Shown here: piece after piece, positions 38,299 through 49,321 of the stretch
Layout of the letters: every line of letters starts with the position of its first letter
Numbering within the stretch: position 1 is the stretch's first letter
From: Catajapyx aquilonaris
Lineage: Eukaryota
Direction: 5' to 3'
Assembly: GCA_000934665.2 (NCBI GenBank)
Contig: JYFJ02002898.1
Location: 1-49,321 of the forward strand
DNA: 49,321 bases
Notes under the pieces: generated by a model
The model's input: only the letters and a program-made list of their open reading frames with translations
Databases searched by the model: none
Told to the model about the DNA's origin: nothing
Position numbers and translations under genes: made by a program

Positions 38299-39879
38299 TT
38301 ATTTCTTAATGATTGGACGGAATACCTCATAGGTTTCGGGCCTGATAGCCTCTTCCCTAGGCTTGATCACAATCGACCCAAGAAATAGGAAGAGTTTGTA
38401 TTGCTGCGTCCTCTCCCTCATCTCCAGAACGAATTCCTGCGACGCTTTGTCCATCAGGACGCCGGTGAATCGCGCAAGGAAGAGGTGGTCTCCAAAGTGA
38501 CTGAACACCACAGTCGCAATGTCTGGAGTCAGTCTGTTGCTGGTGAGTCTCAATGCGTACAATTGCGACATGGGGTTGCATTGCAGGAGACGATGCACTG
38601 TCAGGTTGTCCAAGGATTTTTGTTGGACCTCCAGTGATATCAGTTCGTAGCACTGGGAGATGAGGTGCATGAAGTGATGTAAGGTGTAGGACTCATGATC
38701 GTCTGCAACGAGTAAGTGGTGCAGCGTCGTGAATGGCTTAGCCGTCTGGTGCGGGTCTATGGGGCTCACGGTTGTGTGAGACAAGACCAGGTCATTCAGT
38801 TGTGGGCAGAGGGTTGATAGCTGCTGGATATCCACCTGGTCACACTCGAACAGAACTAGTGTGACCAGGTTGGGCATACAAAAGCCCTTGACTCTCTCCA
38901 GGACGGAAATAATCCCTGAGATCTGGACCATTGCCAGCTGCTTCAGTCCAGACAACGCTGCTCCATTCGACGCAGACACCTCGTCCAGACTGCAACGAGT
39001 CATGTGCATGTTCCGCATTTCATTGAATCCATTGAGAGGAGTCAGATCAGTGCATCTAGAGAGGAACACTAGGTCCAGGTTGGGGAAATGTCTCGCCAGG
39101 CACGTCAGGAAGTCGGTTCCCTTAACAGTTATGGCTTTACTATCCCCACCATGAGTATGGGAGAAGAGCTTCAGTTGTTTCAGCGGGTAGGACTTGCGGA
39201 TATGTTGCAGGAGAGGAAGAAGCATACACCTCGGGATGTGCAGGATCTCCAACTGTGGTACGGAGTCGAGGATGTACTCGACGTCTTCCACTCTTGTTCC
39301 GCAGTACTCAACAAACACTCTTCTTAGCTTGCGACAGTTGGCCAGAGTCACCCGTTGGTTCCTGGACATCTCCCACTTGATGGATAGCTCCTCAAGATCA
39401 GGACAAAACTTGACCATATTCCTTAGCAGATCTGCCTCGTCCGTCACCACAGTGGCCATCCGAAGAGACTTGAGCTTTCGGAGTCCATGAAGATTCAAGG
39501 ATACATTACGGGCAATTTTCGGATTTTCCTTGGAACAGTCGGACCATCCCAGCCAGAGGTGGGTCAGATTTCTCAGCATGTTCAGGTTCACCAGTAGGTT
39601 GGTCGTCTCCTCTAAGGTGGCCACTGACACTCGGGTGCACCAGGGGCAGATGGCGTCTCTGATGTCGACCTCTTTATACCGCATAATATTAGAGGAGGCG
39701 AAGAGGACAGCTTCCATGTACTTGTTAGCCAGGGTGACGGGGATGGTCCTAGCCAAATCCCGGATTGCCTCGGATTCTCCCTCGGGAAACCGTTTGCAGC
39801 AATCTAGCATCCGTGTCACCACATTAATGAGGGATATGCTTTCCAGCCGAATGGTCGAATTCTGCGGACGTAGCGGCAT
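38299..39879 (-). CDS. Leucine-rich repeat protein (RNI/AMN1-like), 526 aa, intronless CDS
   Basis: Uninterrupted ORF with repeated LxxLxL/CxxL units (LRNLTHLWL, LRKLKSLRM, CPDLEELSI, FPNLDLVFL, CPQLNDLVL, CYELISLEV); probable 5'UTR intron 39978-39887 (GTAAGT..TAG). Confidence 0.85.
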   Translation of the reverse strand: MPLRPQNSTIRLESISLINVVTRMLDCCKRFPEGESEAIRDLARTIPVTLANKYMEAVLFASSNIMRYKEVDIRDAICPWCTRVSVATLEETTNLLVNLNMLRNLTHLWLGWSDCSKENPKIARNVSLNLHGLRKLKSLRMATVVTDEADLLRNMVKFCPDLEELSIKWEMSRNQRVTLANCRKLRRVFVEYCGTRVEDVEYILDSVPQLEILHIPRCMLLPLLQHIRKSYPLKQLKLFSHTHGGDSKAITVKGTDFLTCLARHFPNLDLVFLSRCTDLTPLNGFNEMRNMHMTRCSLDEVSASNGAALSGLKQLAMVQISGIISVLERVKGFCMPNLVTLVLFECDQVDIQQLSTLCPQLNDLVLSHTTVSPIDPHQTAKPFTTLHHLLVADDHESYTLHHFMHLISQCYELISLEVQQKSLDNLTVHRLLQCNPMSQLYALRLTSNRLTPDIATVVFSHFGDHLFLARFTGVLMDKASQEFVLEMRERTQQYKLFLFLGSIVIKPREEAIRPETYEVFRPIIKK

Positions 39880-40309
39880 GTCTCTGCTATAATAAGCAAT
39901 GGAACCAGAGACAACAATTGGAAATATTATGACGGAAGATTTCTGGAATTGATGTGGTGGTAAACGCTTGAAACTTACCCTTCGTTGTCCTTACTCCTGC
40001 CCCTTAGGCCCGGTCTACTTGATGCAATTCGAAACTTGCAGGATCTCGATAGAAAATAATTTAGAAGTTATCCTAAGAACCCTAGTGTAAAGCAAGGTAG
40101 CTTAAAGATTACTAAAGCAGGACTAAAGTTAGAATGCGTCTCGTAGCAACCGCACAAACTGTTGATTGTCATCTGACCATTTTAACCAAAGAGTTCTGCT
40201 ATTATGAGATTATACAGGATAAATACATACTAGCAGGTTCCCCGGGTATCTCCATCTGTATATTTAAGGAAGTTTGTAAAATTTTCTCCTTAGTCAGATA
40301 TTAACGGGG

Positions 40310-40656
40310 TTATTCCAGACCATGTAGGCCCTTAAACCCCGGGCCCCTGATGGGGCCTATATCATCACTCTCAGTCCCTTTCATCGTGGTCCGCCAGAGA
40401 CGGACCACCCGTTCGCTTCCGAATCGAACCCAAGCCGTCATATAGGGTCGACACTCGACCATCGGGACGGCTCCCCAGAGGAGCCGCCGGGCCACGATCG
40501 ACCCACCATCCTCACTATCGCTCCTCCGGCTCCATGGCTCATGACGGATCCATCAGTGAAAATCACCATCCCATCGTCGACTGGCCATCCTTCCCACGTC
40601 GGGACGTCCATCCTCTGCCAAGTGCAAGGCGCCGGAAGCGCCCCAATTTTCTCCAA
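40310..40656 (-). mobile_element. Decayed non-LTR retrotransposon RNase H fragment
   Basis: VIFTDGSVMSHGAGGAIV, paralogous to FLFTDGSVSANGAGGAVI at about 41270-41320; frameshifted downstream. Confidence 0.7.
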
Positions 40657-40931
40657 ACTATTCCAATAGGATGTGTAAAAAGATGAATGTGGATAGATTT
40701 GGGCCAGTAAAAGACTGGACGGCCACGGTTTTTTCTATCTTTTCTTTGTTTTGTTTTTCTTCAAAATATCTGTCTTCTCTACCCCCACGCCTGCCCCTCA
40801 TCCCCTACGTTTTCCTTGAAGAAATGTGCCTATTGCAGGTGGAAATTTTTTGAAACGATACGAACTCATGAGAGATGGCCATCGCGCCTAGGTTAGCGTA
40901 TAGTTGACAGATGCGTTGAATTGAAGGACGT

Positions 40932-40936
<5 letters not shown>

Positions 40937-40992
<56 letters not shown>
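40937..40992 (+). repeat. (AG)28 microsatellite
   Basis: Perfect AG dinucleotide run. Confidence 0.98.
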
Positions 40993-40995
<3 letters not shown>

Positions 40996-41056
40996 CGAGA
41001 CCGATATAATGGTGGCATTTCCACGGGAACTTGAAAATTGTGACAGCCTACATTGT

Positions 41057-42391
41057 AGGTTCCCTCGTCCTGTGGTCGACTATCGCCTGCAAGGCCGACA
41101 TGGAGTCTGAAATGATCCATATCGTACCCTCACAAAGTGTGACCAACTCTCTGGCCCACTGTGTCGCCTGCATCACCATGGCCAATTCGATCTGGAATAT
41201 GGAGGCGTCCTTATTAAAACAAAATTGTCTTTTGTCCAGCACGACTTCCTGTGCGCTCATTGAAATCACAGCTCCTCCCGCGCCATTCGCGGAGACTGAA
41301 CCATCGGTAAAAAGGAAAGTCGAAACCCCATCAGGGACACCAGCCCACACCCCTATACTCCGATCCGTCCAACACCAAGGAGGAATCAGCTTCCCAATTT
41401 CCTGGTCCCCTCTCGAGGTACCCTCCTCCACCTGTCGCAGTAAAACCCGTCTCGTATCCCACCGAACCTGAGCCTGCAGGTCGGGAGGAAGAAGCCCCGC
41501 AAATACGTACAGGAGCTGCGACGGCGTGGTACGGTATGGATTTTGTCGGAGCTGGGTGATAGAGTTGAGCTGATCTGGGTAAAAGCTCACGTCGGTGTGG
41601 CTGGAAATGAAGCAGCGGATCAAGCGGCCAAGAATGCTTGTGCCTCGGAGTCACTTGAGGCTTTCTATCTCCCAGAGGTTAAGTCTGCCATTAAGGGACG
41701 TTTAATCAGAGTGGCGGAGGAGAAGTGGCAGGCCCGCTGGAATAGATCCTGCGATAAGCAGTATTTTCGGTATTTTCCTAGCGTCAAAATTAGCAAGGAC
41801 ACACTTATACATGGTCATACGGCGCGGCTTATATCAGGCCATGGTCCTTTTTTGACTTACCTCGTACGTTTTGGGATACGTAGAGGAGAGGGAGCTTGTC
41901 CGTGTGGTGGTGGACTCCAAAATCCTGACCATATGCTATGGCATTGTCGTTTACCGGGCCTGGGGGAGGCCCGTTCTAGGATTAGAAGTTTGTCGATGCG
42001 CTGTGGAGCAGGGTGGCCCCCGTCCCCACGCCGTGTATTTGGCGTCCTCTTTGAGAGCTTCAACGCTTTATGTCTGGCTGTAGATGTCCTGCTGAGGGAG
42101 CTGAATAAATAGGCCTGAATGGACGCATTTGCGATCATTTATTAGGTTATAGTTCTAGGTTAGGTTCCTTGTTCATGTAGACACAGTCCATTTATTGGAT
42201 TTTCCTTTGGGGTTTCTGTCTCGAGAAGGCATTTCCTTAATCATTTTAGTTTTAAGCCTGGGGGGTTTATGGTTTTAGGGTTATGGCATTCTTGGTCCTC
42301 AACTCCAGTAGACTTTTGAGGAGCTTTGCTCCAGCAGGGGTGCAAGGCCATATTGGCCGGGTCTTCCCCACTCAACTATTATTTTTAAAAA
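41057..42391 (+). mobile_element. 5'-truncated, 5'-inverted RNase H-containing LINE (R1/LOA/I-group-like)
   Basis: Minus part 41057 to about 41538: YRTTPSQLLYVFAGLLPPDL..FTDGS..SIFQIEL..IISDSMSALQAI. Plus part about 41539-42112: LIWVKAHVGVAGNEAADQAAK..GHG..CPCG..HMLWHC, then 3'UTR and short A tail. TSD AGCCTACATTGT at 41045-41056 and 42392-42403. Confidence 0.92.
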
Positions 42392-43221
42392 AGCCTACAT
42401 TGTTGAAGGGATAGTGTGTTGATATTGTTAAGTGGGTTATTGTCGAGGGTAGTCGAGGTAGCTGAAGCATGCGGCATTAAATTTCTCGTAAACTGTAACC
42501 CCTGTTATGCTAGTTTAAGGCGTCGTAGGGCCATTCCCCTGGATTTTTATAGCGAACAAACTCACAAACTTAGATTAGATGATAGCAGAACTAATTGATT
42601 TTACCAAGCTAGATGAGCTTCACATAGGATGCTTATCCCGCCTTGGGAGGCCCTGCCAGTAGACTACCATCAGCATAGCTCTTCGGGGTCACGGGAGGAG
42701 GCTATGCAACGTTATTGGAACATGAAAATTTAGTCAAATTTTATCCAGATCAATTTTGCGAATCTTACCTAAATTCCAAGCTATACTGTTATTGTGATTA
42801 CGCACATAAGTGCTTAGCATGTAGCAGGTGTACTGTACTCGTAATTAATGACTTGTGAGAATGACTTAAGCGCAGTATATCACGAGTGCATGATCGGTGC
42901 CTTCCGTAATTTGTCTATTGCAACACAAGAAGAAAGACTGTTATTATTCTCTGTTGCAATTGATGGGCGTCTCGGCGACCAAGAAAACAATATGGAGAGA
43001 TATCGGCTGAGGTTCATGCCTCGGTAGAGAAGCACGCACCCGTTACGTGATAAATGGCTCATTCGTCATATTCGGGTGGGTCCAACAGTGAAATAATAAT
43101 GCATTGGTTACGTCTCAGTTGCAACTCAGGCACAATGGTGACCACAGTGAGGTCTAGATAAAAGGAATTGCAGGTGTAATTAGCCAAAGAGGCCTTACCA
43201 CCTGTGGGCAACAAACCAACA

Positions 43222-44887
43222 ATGTCCGGCTCCCAGATCCATACAGTCTGGGGCCGGGGCATACGAAACGTTCCAAGTCAATATTGTCCCAAGGAAGAAC
43301 CGGAGCCGAAGCCCCAGGCCCCCGGAACCAGCATTAGCCCAAGCCCCCCTGGGCCAGCGCCCAGGGGGACCAAACCTCCTACCCACACACACCAACAGCC
43401 CAATAAAAACCACAAACAAAACAGAGGTCTGTCCCGTCCCTTCATAGAGAAGCAGCCTGTTGGACAGAGCAGAAACCCAAGCCTCGGGACAGCCCATTCT
43501 GGATGGCATATCGTCCCGTGGCCATCCTGAGCGCCTTTTCCGGATACTTGGAGTACCCCTGGGCCACAGACCCAAATGATTTCGGACAGTTCTGGCCATA
43601 TCCTGACCATTCCAACAAGTGGTACAAGCGTTGCCCTGCAATGATCCACCTCGTCTTGCTCGTCTTGTACATGTCTGTGTTCAGCTGCCACATGCCGTCT
43701 CACTTCAATAATGTCCAAGAATTGGAGATGACCGAGAAGGCCACTTACTCCGCCTACTTTGTTGTCATCTTAGTGTGTCCTTGGGTCGTCTACATCCTGA
43801 TGCAAGCCAGGGTTGGACGGATTTGGAGGATCATGCACCGTATGTCCAATGTTTGCCCCTTGCCCTGCCAGTTGGGGCTGCGCAGGTACTCGGTCAGCCT
43901 CGTGTCGGTTTGCATCGTTACCACATTCATTTGCATACTGGAACCAATTGGTGCCATAATCGTGCACGGACGTGGGTCTCACCGATTTGATGCATTAACT
44001 ATATTGTACATATTTGCCAATTGGCATTGTGCTTTTGTCTTGTACGTTCTACCCTCGCAGATATCCTTTTTGGGAGTGGTACTTTGCAAAATTTTGAAGG
44101 TTATTAATTCAGGTATTAGAGAGCAGTGTTCTGTACAAAACCAAAAATCTGCTAAATTGGCTTTACAGTAACTGTTGGACAAACTCTTCGAAACATATCG
44201 GTTGGTGGAACTAGTGTCGGACGTGTATGGACTTCCCTTGGTACTTATTTATGCAGTTTCATTAGTGACCATCACGAGCATGACCTTCTACGTCGCGTCG
44301 TGCTGATAGGATTTGGAGGTGACACCTCATTGTTTGTCACAATAATTTCGGTTAAAGTGACGTCGAGTGTTGTTCTAACCATCTGGTTCACCAATGTCCT
44401 TGGATCAATTCCTAAAGAGGTAATTCTAAAACTACCGTATTGTAGTAATTGTCGTAAGTTGTAGTATGTATGAATCACGGTATAATGTGTATGATACTTA
44501 TATTGCAGTCGATAACTTCGTTGCAAGATCTAATTCGAGTTCGTACCCTGGGAATACTGCCGGAATGCAAGGCAGAAGTGAGTCCATATAATTATTGTGA
44601 CATATGAATTTTGCATATTGACAAAGTGTCTATTCTTGTGATGCAGGTGAAAGGTCTTATTCAGAAGATGAGTGGCCCACCAGTTCAGCTGACCGCGGCC
44701 AACTTCTTTGCCATTAACCGTGGCCTATTGACCTCAGTAAGTCGAAATTATGTAGCATAGTGGTTCGAAGTCGCTGCTGTTTTCTGATCAGATTGCAGGG
44801 GCGGTCACCACGTACCTCATCGTCCTGGGTCAGTTTAAAGCCGGAGCCAAAGATGAAGCAAGAAATATGACTACAATAATCTCCTAG
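43222..44887 (+). pseudogene. Gustatory receptor pseudogene (full exon set)
   Basis: Exon 1 to 44419, then 44509-44577, 44647-44736, 44792-44887 (SGPPVQLTAANFFAINRGLLTS, TTYLIVLGQF). Lesions: TAA at 44169-44171, 5-bp duplication at 44291-44300, probable insertion near the N-terminus. Start uncertain (ATG 43222 or 43503). Confidence 0.88.
43256..43421 (+). mobile_element. Probable retroposed fragment in the 5' part of the GR pseudogene
   Basis: C-rich segment ending in AATAAA (43402-43407) plus an A-rich tail; it carries stops in the GR frame, which resumes as SVPSLHREAACWTEQK. No clean TSD; boundaries approximate. Confidence 0.45.
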
Positions 44888-45269
44888 TAATTACGAAGTG
44901 GGGATGGTCACATTCAAGGCTGGAACAAGTCTTTTCAGCAGCTGATAAAGCACATAATTTCAACACATGCCTGTTGAGTGTGCGGTCACTTTTATTAACA
45001 ACAACACATAATTTTCTGCTTTCCTTTACATGTGCTTAATGTTATTAGTCTAGTAGTAACTTCAAATATTGTCACTTGATTCTGAATCCGCAATGGATGT
45101 GAATTGTTTTATGGTATTGATATTGGTGTATCGCATTATTGGCGTGAATTCTTTGTGAATGCCATAATCACATCGATTATGGTGTCACGGTGCACCTTCC
45201 TGACCACCATTGAACGTGGTGTTGGTAGTACGTGTCACTACACCCACTCGTAATGAATAGCATCAATCG

Positions 45270-45289
45270 GGGGTGAAAGCACTACCCCA

Positions 45290-45343
<54 letters not shown>
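45270..45343 (+). mobile_element. Minimal retroposed 3' end: hairpin plus (TTA)n tail
   Basis: GGGGTGAAAGCACTACCCCAG followed by about 17 TTA units, flanked by a 14-bp TSD AATAGCATCAATCG (45256-45269, 45344-45357). Confidence 0.85.
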
Positions 45344-45346
<3 letters not shown>

Positions 45347-47062
45347 AGCATCAATCGTTGCTTCTAAATAAACTATGACATTAGAATCTACAGTATTCGG
45401 CCTATGGATGAAATATTAATGTCACCATGCCTATTGAGTTAGTTCCCAGAAGAATGGACTCCTGTCGGAACTTAACAAAAGTGAGTGCTACAAAAAGCAT
45501 TGCATTGCTCTATGAATACGTATTTAGGGTTAGTAAAAAATGCATAGAAACATGCAGTTTGTGACTGATAATACTCTGTGAGAGTGAAGATCTCGGCGAA
45601 GTCCAGCATAACTCTGCTTGAGGCGCTGCGCTTGCCTTGAAAGTAAGAAAGTTCTTTTAAATCTTGGATTAAAGATTTTAAGACAGAATTTTCCTCATTT
45701 CTTTTCTATCTCATTCTGTACCAAATTAGTATTGCAGCTTGCGTTTCTCTCATGACCCCGAAGAGCTATGCCGGCGGTAGGTTCGTCTACTGACAGAACC
45801 CACCAAATTCGGACAGGTCGCATTAGTAGCTCAATGAAATGGAAGAGCATTCTGATTTACAATATAAGCTTAGTAAATAGATGTCTGCAAACCTTATTAG
45901 ACAGGTTCTCATCTGAAGTCCCCGTCTCAGTTATCCACTTGTTATTACGATTGTTGTCGAGTGATTGTATAGGCCTATGCTTCGTTACGTAATCATTTCT
46001 TACAGGTAGTGCACTCCCACCATTGTTGGATCAGCAGAAACATTTTGATGTGTTTTTGTGCTTACGAAGTGAAGTACAACAACAGTATATAATAATGCTG
46101 GTTGTACTACCAGGTGAGGTACACAGTCTCATTTATCATATGTTGTTGGTTGTTTACGAATTACTGTCAAAATGAATAACATTTATTAATTATGCTGTCA
46201 TTAATGCAGCCATTCATGTGCCACTCGATAATAATTTTACGCAAACCAAATGATTACAGTTAAAACTTGTCGTGCCACGTGATCTTACACTATTCAGACG
46301 CTATTTCCTTGGTGATGGCGTACCTTTGGTATTTCAGTTAACTGATACCCACTATATAATATTTTCTGAAATAGCCTTTGTTACTTTTATTATTTTATTA
46401 CTTTTTGTTATATAATAAGCCTCTATAAGAGCATTAGTTCCTCCCTGGCTATGTTGACTCCTGTTTCATGCGCTTAAGTATAAAACAGAACAGAAATTAT
46501 TGGATGCAACTGAGGGCGCAACAGCAATAAGTCATCAGTTGCATGAGATGTAACAGGTTGCTGGGGTGAGATCCACCTGCTTATCGAAATGCTAGATTGG
46601 GTCGCTTTGGCACTTTATTATTCATGACGTCTTTCTGGAGAGTCTGTGTTTCCGCCTGAGAAGTTAGAACCAGTTCCAGGAAAATATTATTGAGTATTAC
46701 TTTTCCCTTCACACCCAAACCGATGGGTCGTTACGTCACTATAGCACTACTATTCTAGTAGTGGGATGAAATGATAATCAGTGGCTCCTTGATTGGAAAG
46801 TAGCGGGATCTATTCATAAATGGTGACTTACAGCTGGGAAGTGAATGCTTCAAAGGAGATCCACGTCATTACATAACACGCGTCTGCATCGAGTGTCTGT
46901 TACATATTTGTACTTCTGTTTCTTACTCGTAATATATAAGCCATTGCTTTTGAAATCGTCATGACTTCCTATTTTTGATATGCGCATTTCCTCTGATATT
47001 ACCTCATTGCATATGTAATGTACTTTGTATTTGTAGCACACTACTCTGGTGACAGATCATAA

Positions 47063-47269
47063 TCACATTGGGTGGACATTTGTCGTGGCATTTGCTTTTT
47101 TACTCGTACAATCTCGGGTGAATCTTGCCGATATCTCGCCGATAAGTTTAAAAGAAGTCCCTGTGAGTCTTCTGAGACTTTGGCAGTAGACACTGGCACT
47201 GGTCTTGATTTGACGATATACCCTATATCCTATCCGCCTCGGAAGAAAATGGTCCGATAATATAGCCAT
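47063..47269 (-). mobile_element. Possible decayed Penelope-like RT thumb fragment
   Basis: YRVYRQIKTSASVY..S..LIGEISARFTRDCTS resembles the Penelope YRKxT..S..R..RICS pattern; no RT core motifs seen. Confidence 0.3.
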
Positions 47270-49321
47270 TGCAGAAAGTTATAATATGATAAAACTTCAG
47301 AAACCTTCTAAGCATGCTTTGTTGTGACTTGCGTGTCGGCAGATTTTTAGATAAGGTGCTGCTGAGGCTTCCCTTTCATTGCTGCCGGCAGGGATGTCGT
47401 CTCAATGTGAGATCCCATTCTCTTCTTCCATTTTTCGAATGACGCAGCAGCACGATTGAAAAATAATGAAGAGTAATCATTGTTTAGTAAAATGGCCTGG
47501 AATAATTGAAACCCTCTTTGTTTGCATCTTTTGTGACAATCCGTGTATCAGATGGTGGTGTCACTTCCCTTTTCTATAAATGAGCCTTCCAGCTCCTTGG
47601 GTCCACTTGCACTCTCTAAAGCTTATGGCGATGACCAGGTGGTCTTGATCATTGGATCCTAGGTCGATTACTCGAAGTGTGGCCTGTAGGGTGTCTTCTA
47701 GCAGAGTTGTCCACAATGGAGCGCTAAACCAATTAATCATCGTCGCGCCAGGTGATGGTATTTTACTACAGCCAGATAGCCACAGTTGCTTTGGCTTCTT
47801 CCTAATAAACCAAACCAAACCTCCACGATGCATCCCTCCTCTGAACTGGGCCATGCAACGCCTATATGGCAGCTCGTTGAGTCAGTCCCTTTTTGTAGCC
47901 CAGCCGGTACAGCGAGACATCCGGCGCGGTGTCAATGTTAGGATATCGTTAGGCCTGTAGTTGGAACAGCCTGGGTCTTGGAAGGTTCCAGTGTGTGTAG
48001 AATTGGGTTAGAACGTTCGACTAGCCTGATGTCTTTGTGCAATGATTGTGTGCTTACCTTTATGGGTGATCGAGTGTTTCCCACCCTATGTCTTATTGGC
48101 TTCGTGCGTTTCATTAATTGGGTCTCAGGCGGACTGATGGTTTCAAGATAATCAATGTTCATTTATTTACAGTTTATACAAACCAATATTCATCATACAA
48201 AATTCCACCCTTCTTAATTTAAGGGGGGGGGGGGGGGGGATACGNGATTACGCCCAAACTGCAGTAAGGAGGACGCCGCAGTTTGGTGGGGAGGTACAAC
48301 ACCAAGGTAAGGAGGACGCCAAGGTGTTGGAAAAGATTGTTTCAATTAAGATTTGAGATTGTTCAATTGGAATGAAGGTGTTGTATATTTTTATTTAAAC
48401 AGTATGTGACGTAACAATTTGCGTGTTTCTATTAGTGTTGGGAATTATTAGCTATTTCTTATCATTTGGATACTATTTGTCTAATGCAATGACCACTCCT
48501 CGCTCAGTCTAGCAAGTTGATGATTGTTTCAAGACAAGAAAACCGTCTGAAGTATGTGCAAATAAATAGATACGAGTCAGTTTTGGCACCCTTATGGCCA
48601 TCAGTGGGTAACAATTTGAAAATAACATGTGTATGTAACGGAAGGAAATTGTTTTCTGTCGAGCGTTTGTCCGAATCTGATGCAATGAGATCATAATGAA
48701 TATTAGCTACATGTAAAAACATTCAGTGTATTCACTATTCAGGTACAACTTTTCATAACATGTTGTGATGTCTTTTGTGGTTCCGTCCCTGGCCAAGGTA
48801 TTTTTTGATGTTGGGTGTTGATATAACTTGCAGCATTCTTCAAAGCGCGACAGTTGGGGATGATGATTCTGTGATGTTGGACATGGCCAAAATTATTCTG
48901 ACTTGGTCTGAGCTTACCTCCCATTTCGCCTCATCAAAAAATGAAGACGACTGGTTCTCAAGATGGCTATTCTAATAATGACGATAACTTTTCTGGGCTT
49001 GTTTTCGTTCACCAGCACTGGTAATAACATGACAACCTGAAAATGGAGCGCGCCACAGCAGATAGACATCTGTCCGCTTCTCAGCAGATGGCTGACTTCC
49101 CTCCCGTCCATCTCATCGTAATAATGCAATATCTTCAAACTAATACGATCATCAAAATATATTTTAAAGGTGGGTTATGCCCTTTACAATAAATCCTGGC
49201 TGTTTCATTTATGGAGGTGATGTTCAACAACAACAACATCACGACATTTCCCTATGAGGGGTAGTCAGCGATGAAGGGAGATGCAAGCTAACCCAACATA
49301 TGAACTAATAAAACTCATGAG

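Noticed and set aside
44169..44171. Stop-codon readthrough making the third GR functional
   Set aside because: A second lesion (5-bp frameshift at 44291) follows, so readthrough alone cannot restore the protein.
47561..49200. Short ORFs with faint endonuclease- or protease-like words
   Set aside because: No catalytic motif set in the correct order.
1..49321. CRISPR arrays, operons, rRNA or other prokaryotic systems
   Set aside because: No regularly spaced repeats or rRNA-like sequence; the DNA is intron-containing eukaryotic sequence.

Overview
Eukaryotic (arthropod-type) genomic DNA with GT-AG introns, two single-N scaffold joins and many transposon remnants; no prokaryotic features. The window is a chemosensory birth-and-death locus. 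It holds two apparently intact 4-exon gustatory receptor (GR, 7tm_7) genes (6073-7466 minus, 34287-35878 plus), one full-length GR pseudogene (about 43222-44887), a truncated duplicate of the second GR (26255-27120), an orphan GR last exon (about 3668-3717) and an intronless, internally deleted ionotropic receptor pseudogene (4220-5509). Also present are a calpain pseudogene, an intronless 526-aa LRR gene with a BC-box-like start, LTR, LINE, MITE and DNA-transposon remnants, and a patchwork of local duplications. The most unusual items: (1) an LTR retroelement remnant whose first ORF, starting in the tRNA-Leu primer-binding site, encodes a GATA zinc finger in place of Gag, followed by a retroviral-type protease; (2) three independent tandem duplications of the same CGACG pentamer, resembling Transib excision footprints, one frameshifting a GR; (3) a TSD-flanked twin-primed (5'-inverted) RNase H-bearing LINE. 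All calls come from manual translation and motif recognition; no database searches were run.
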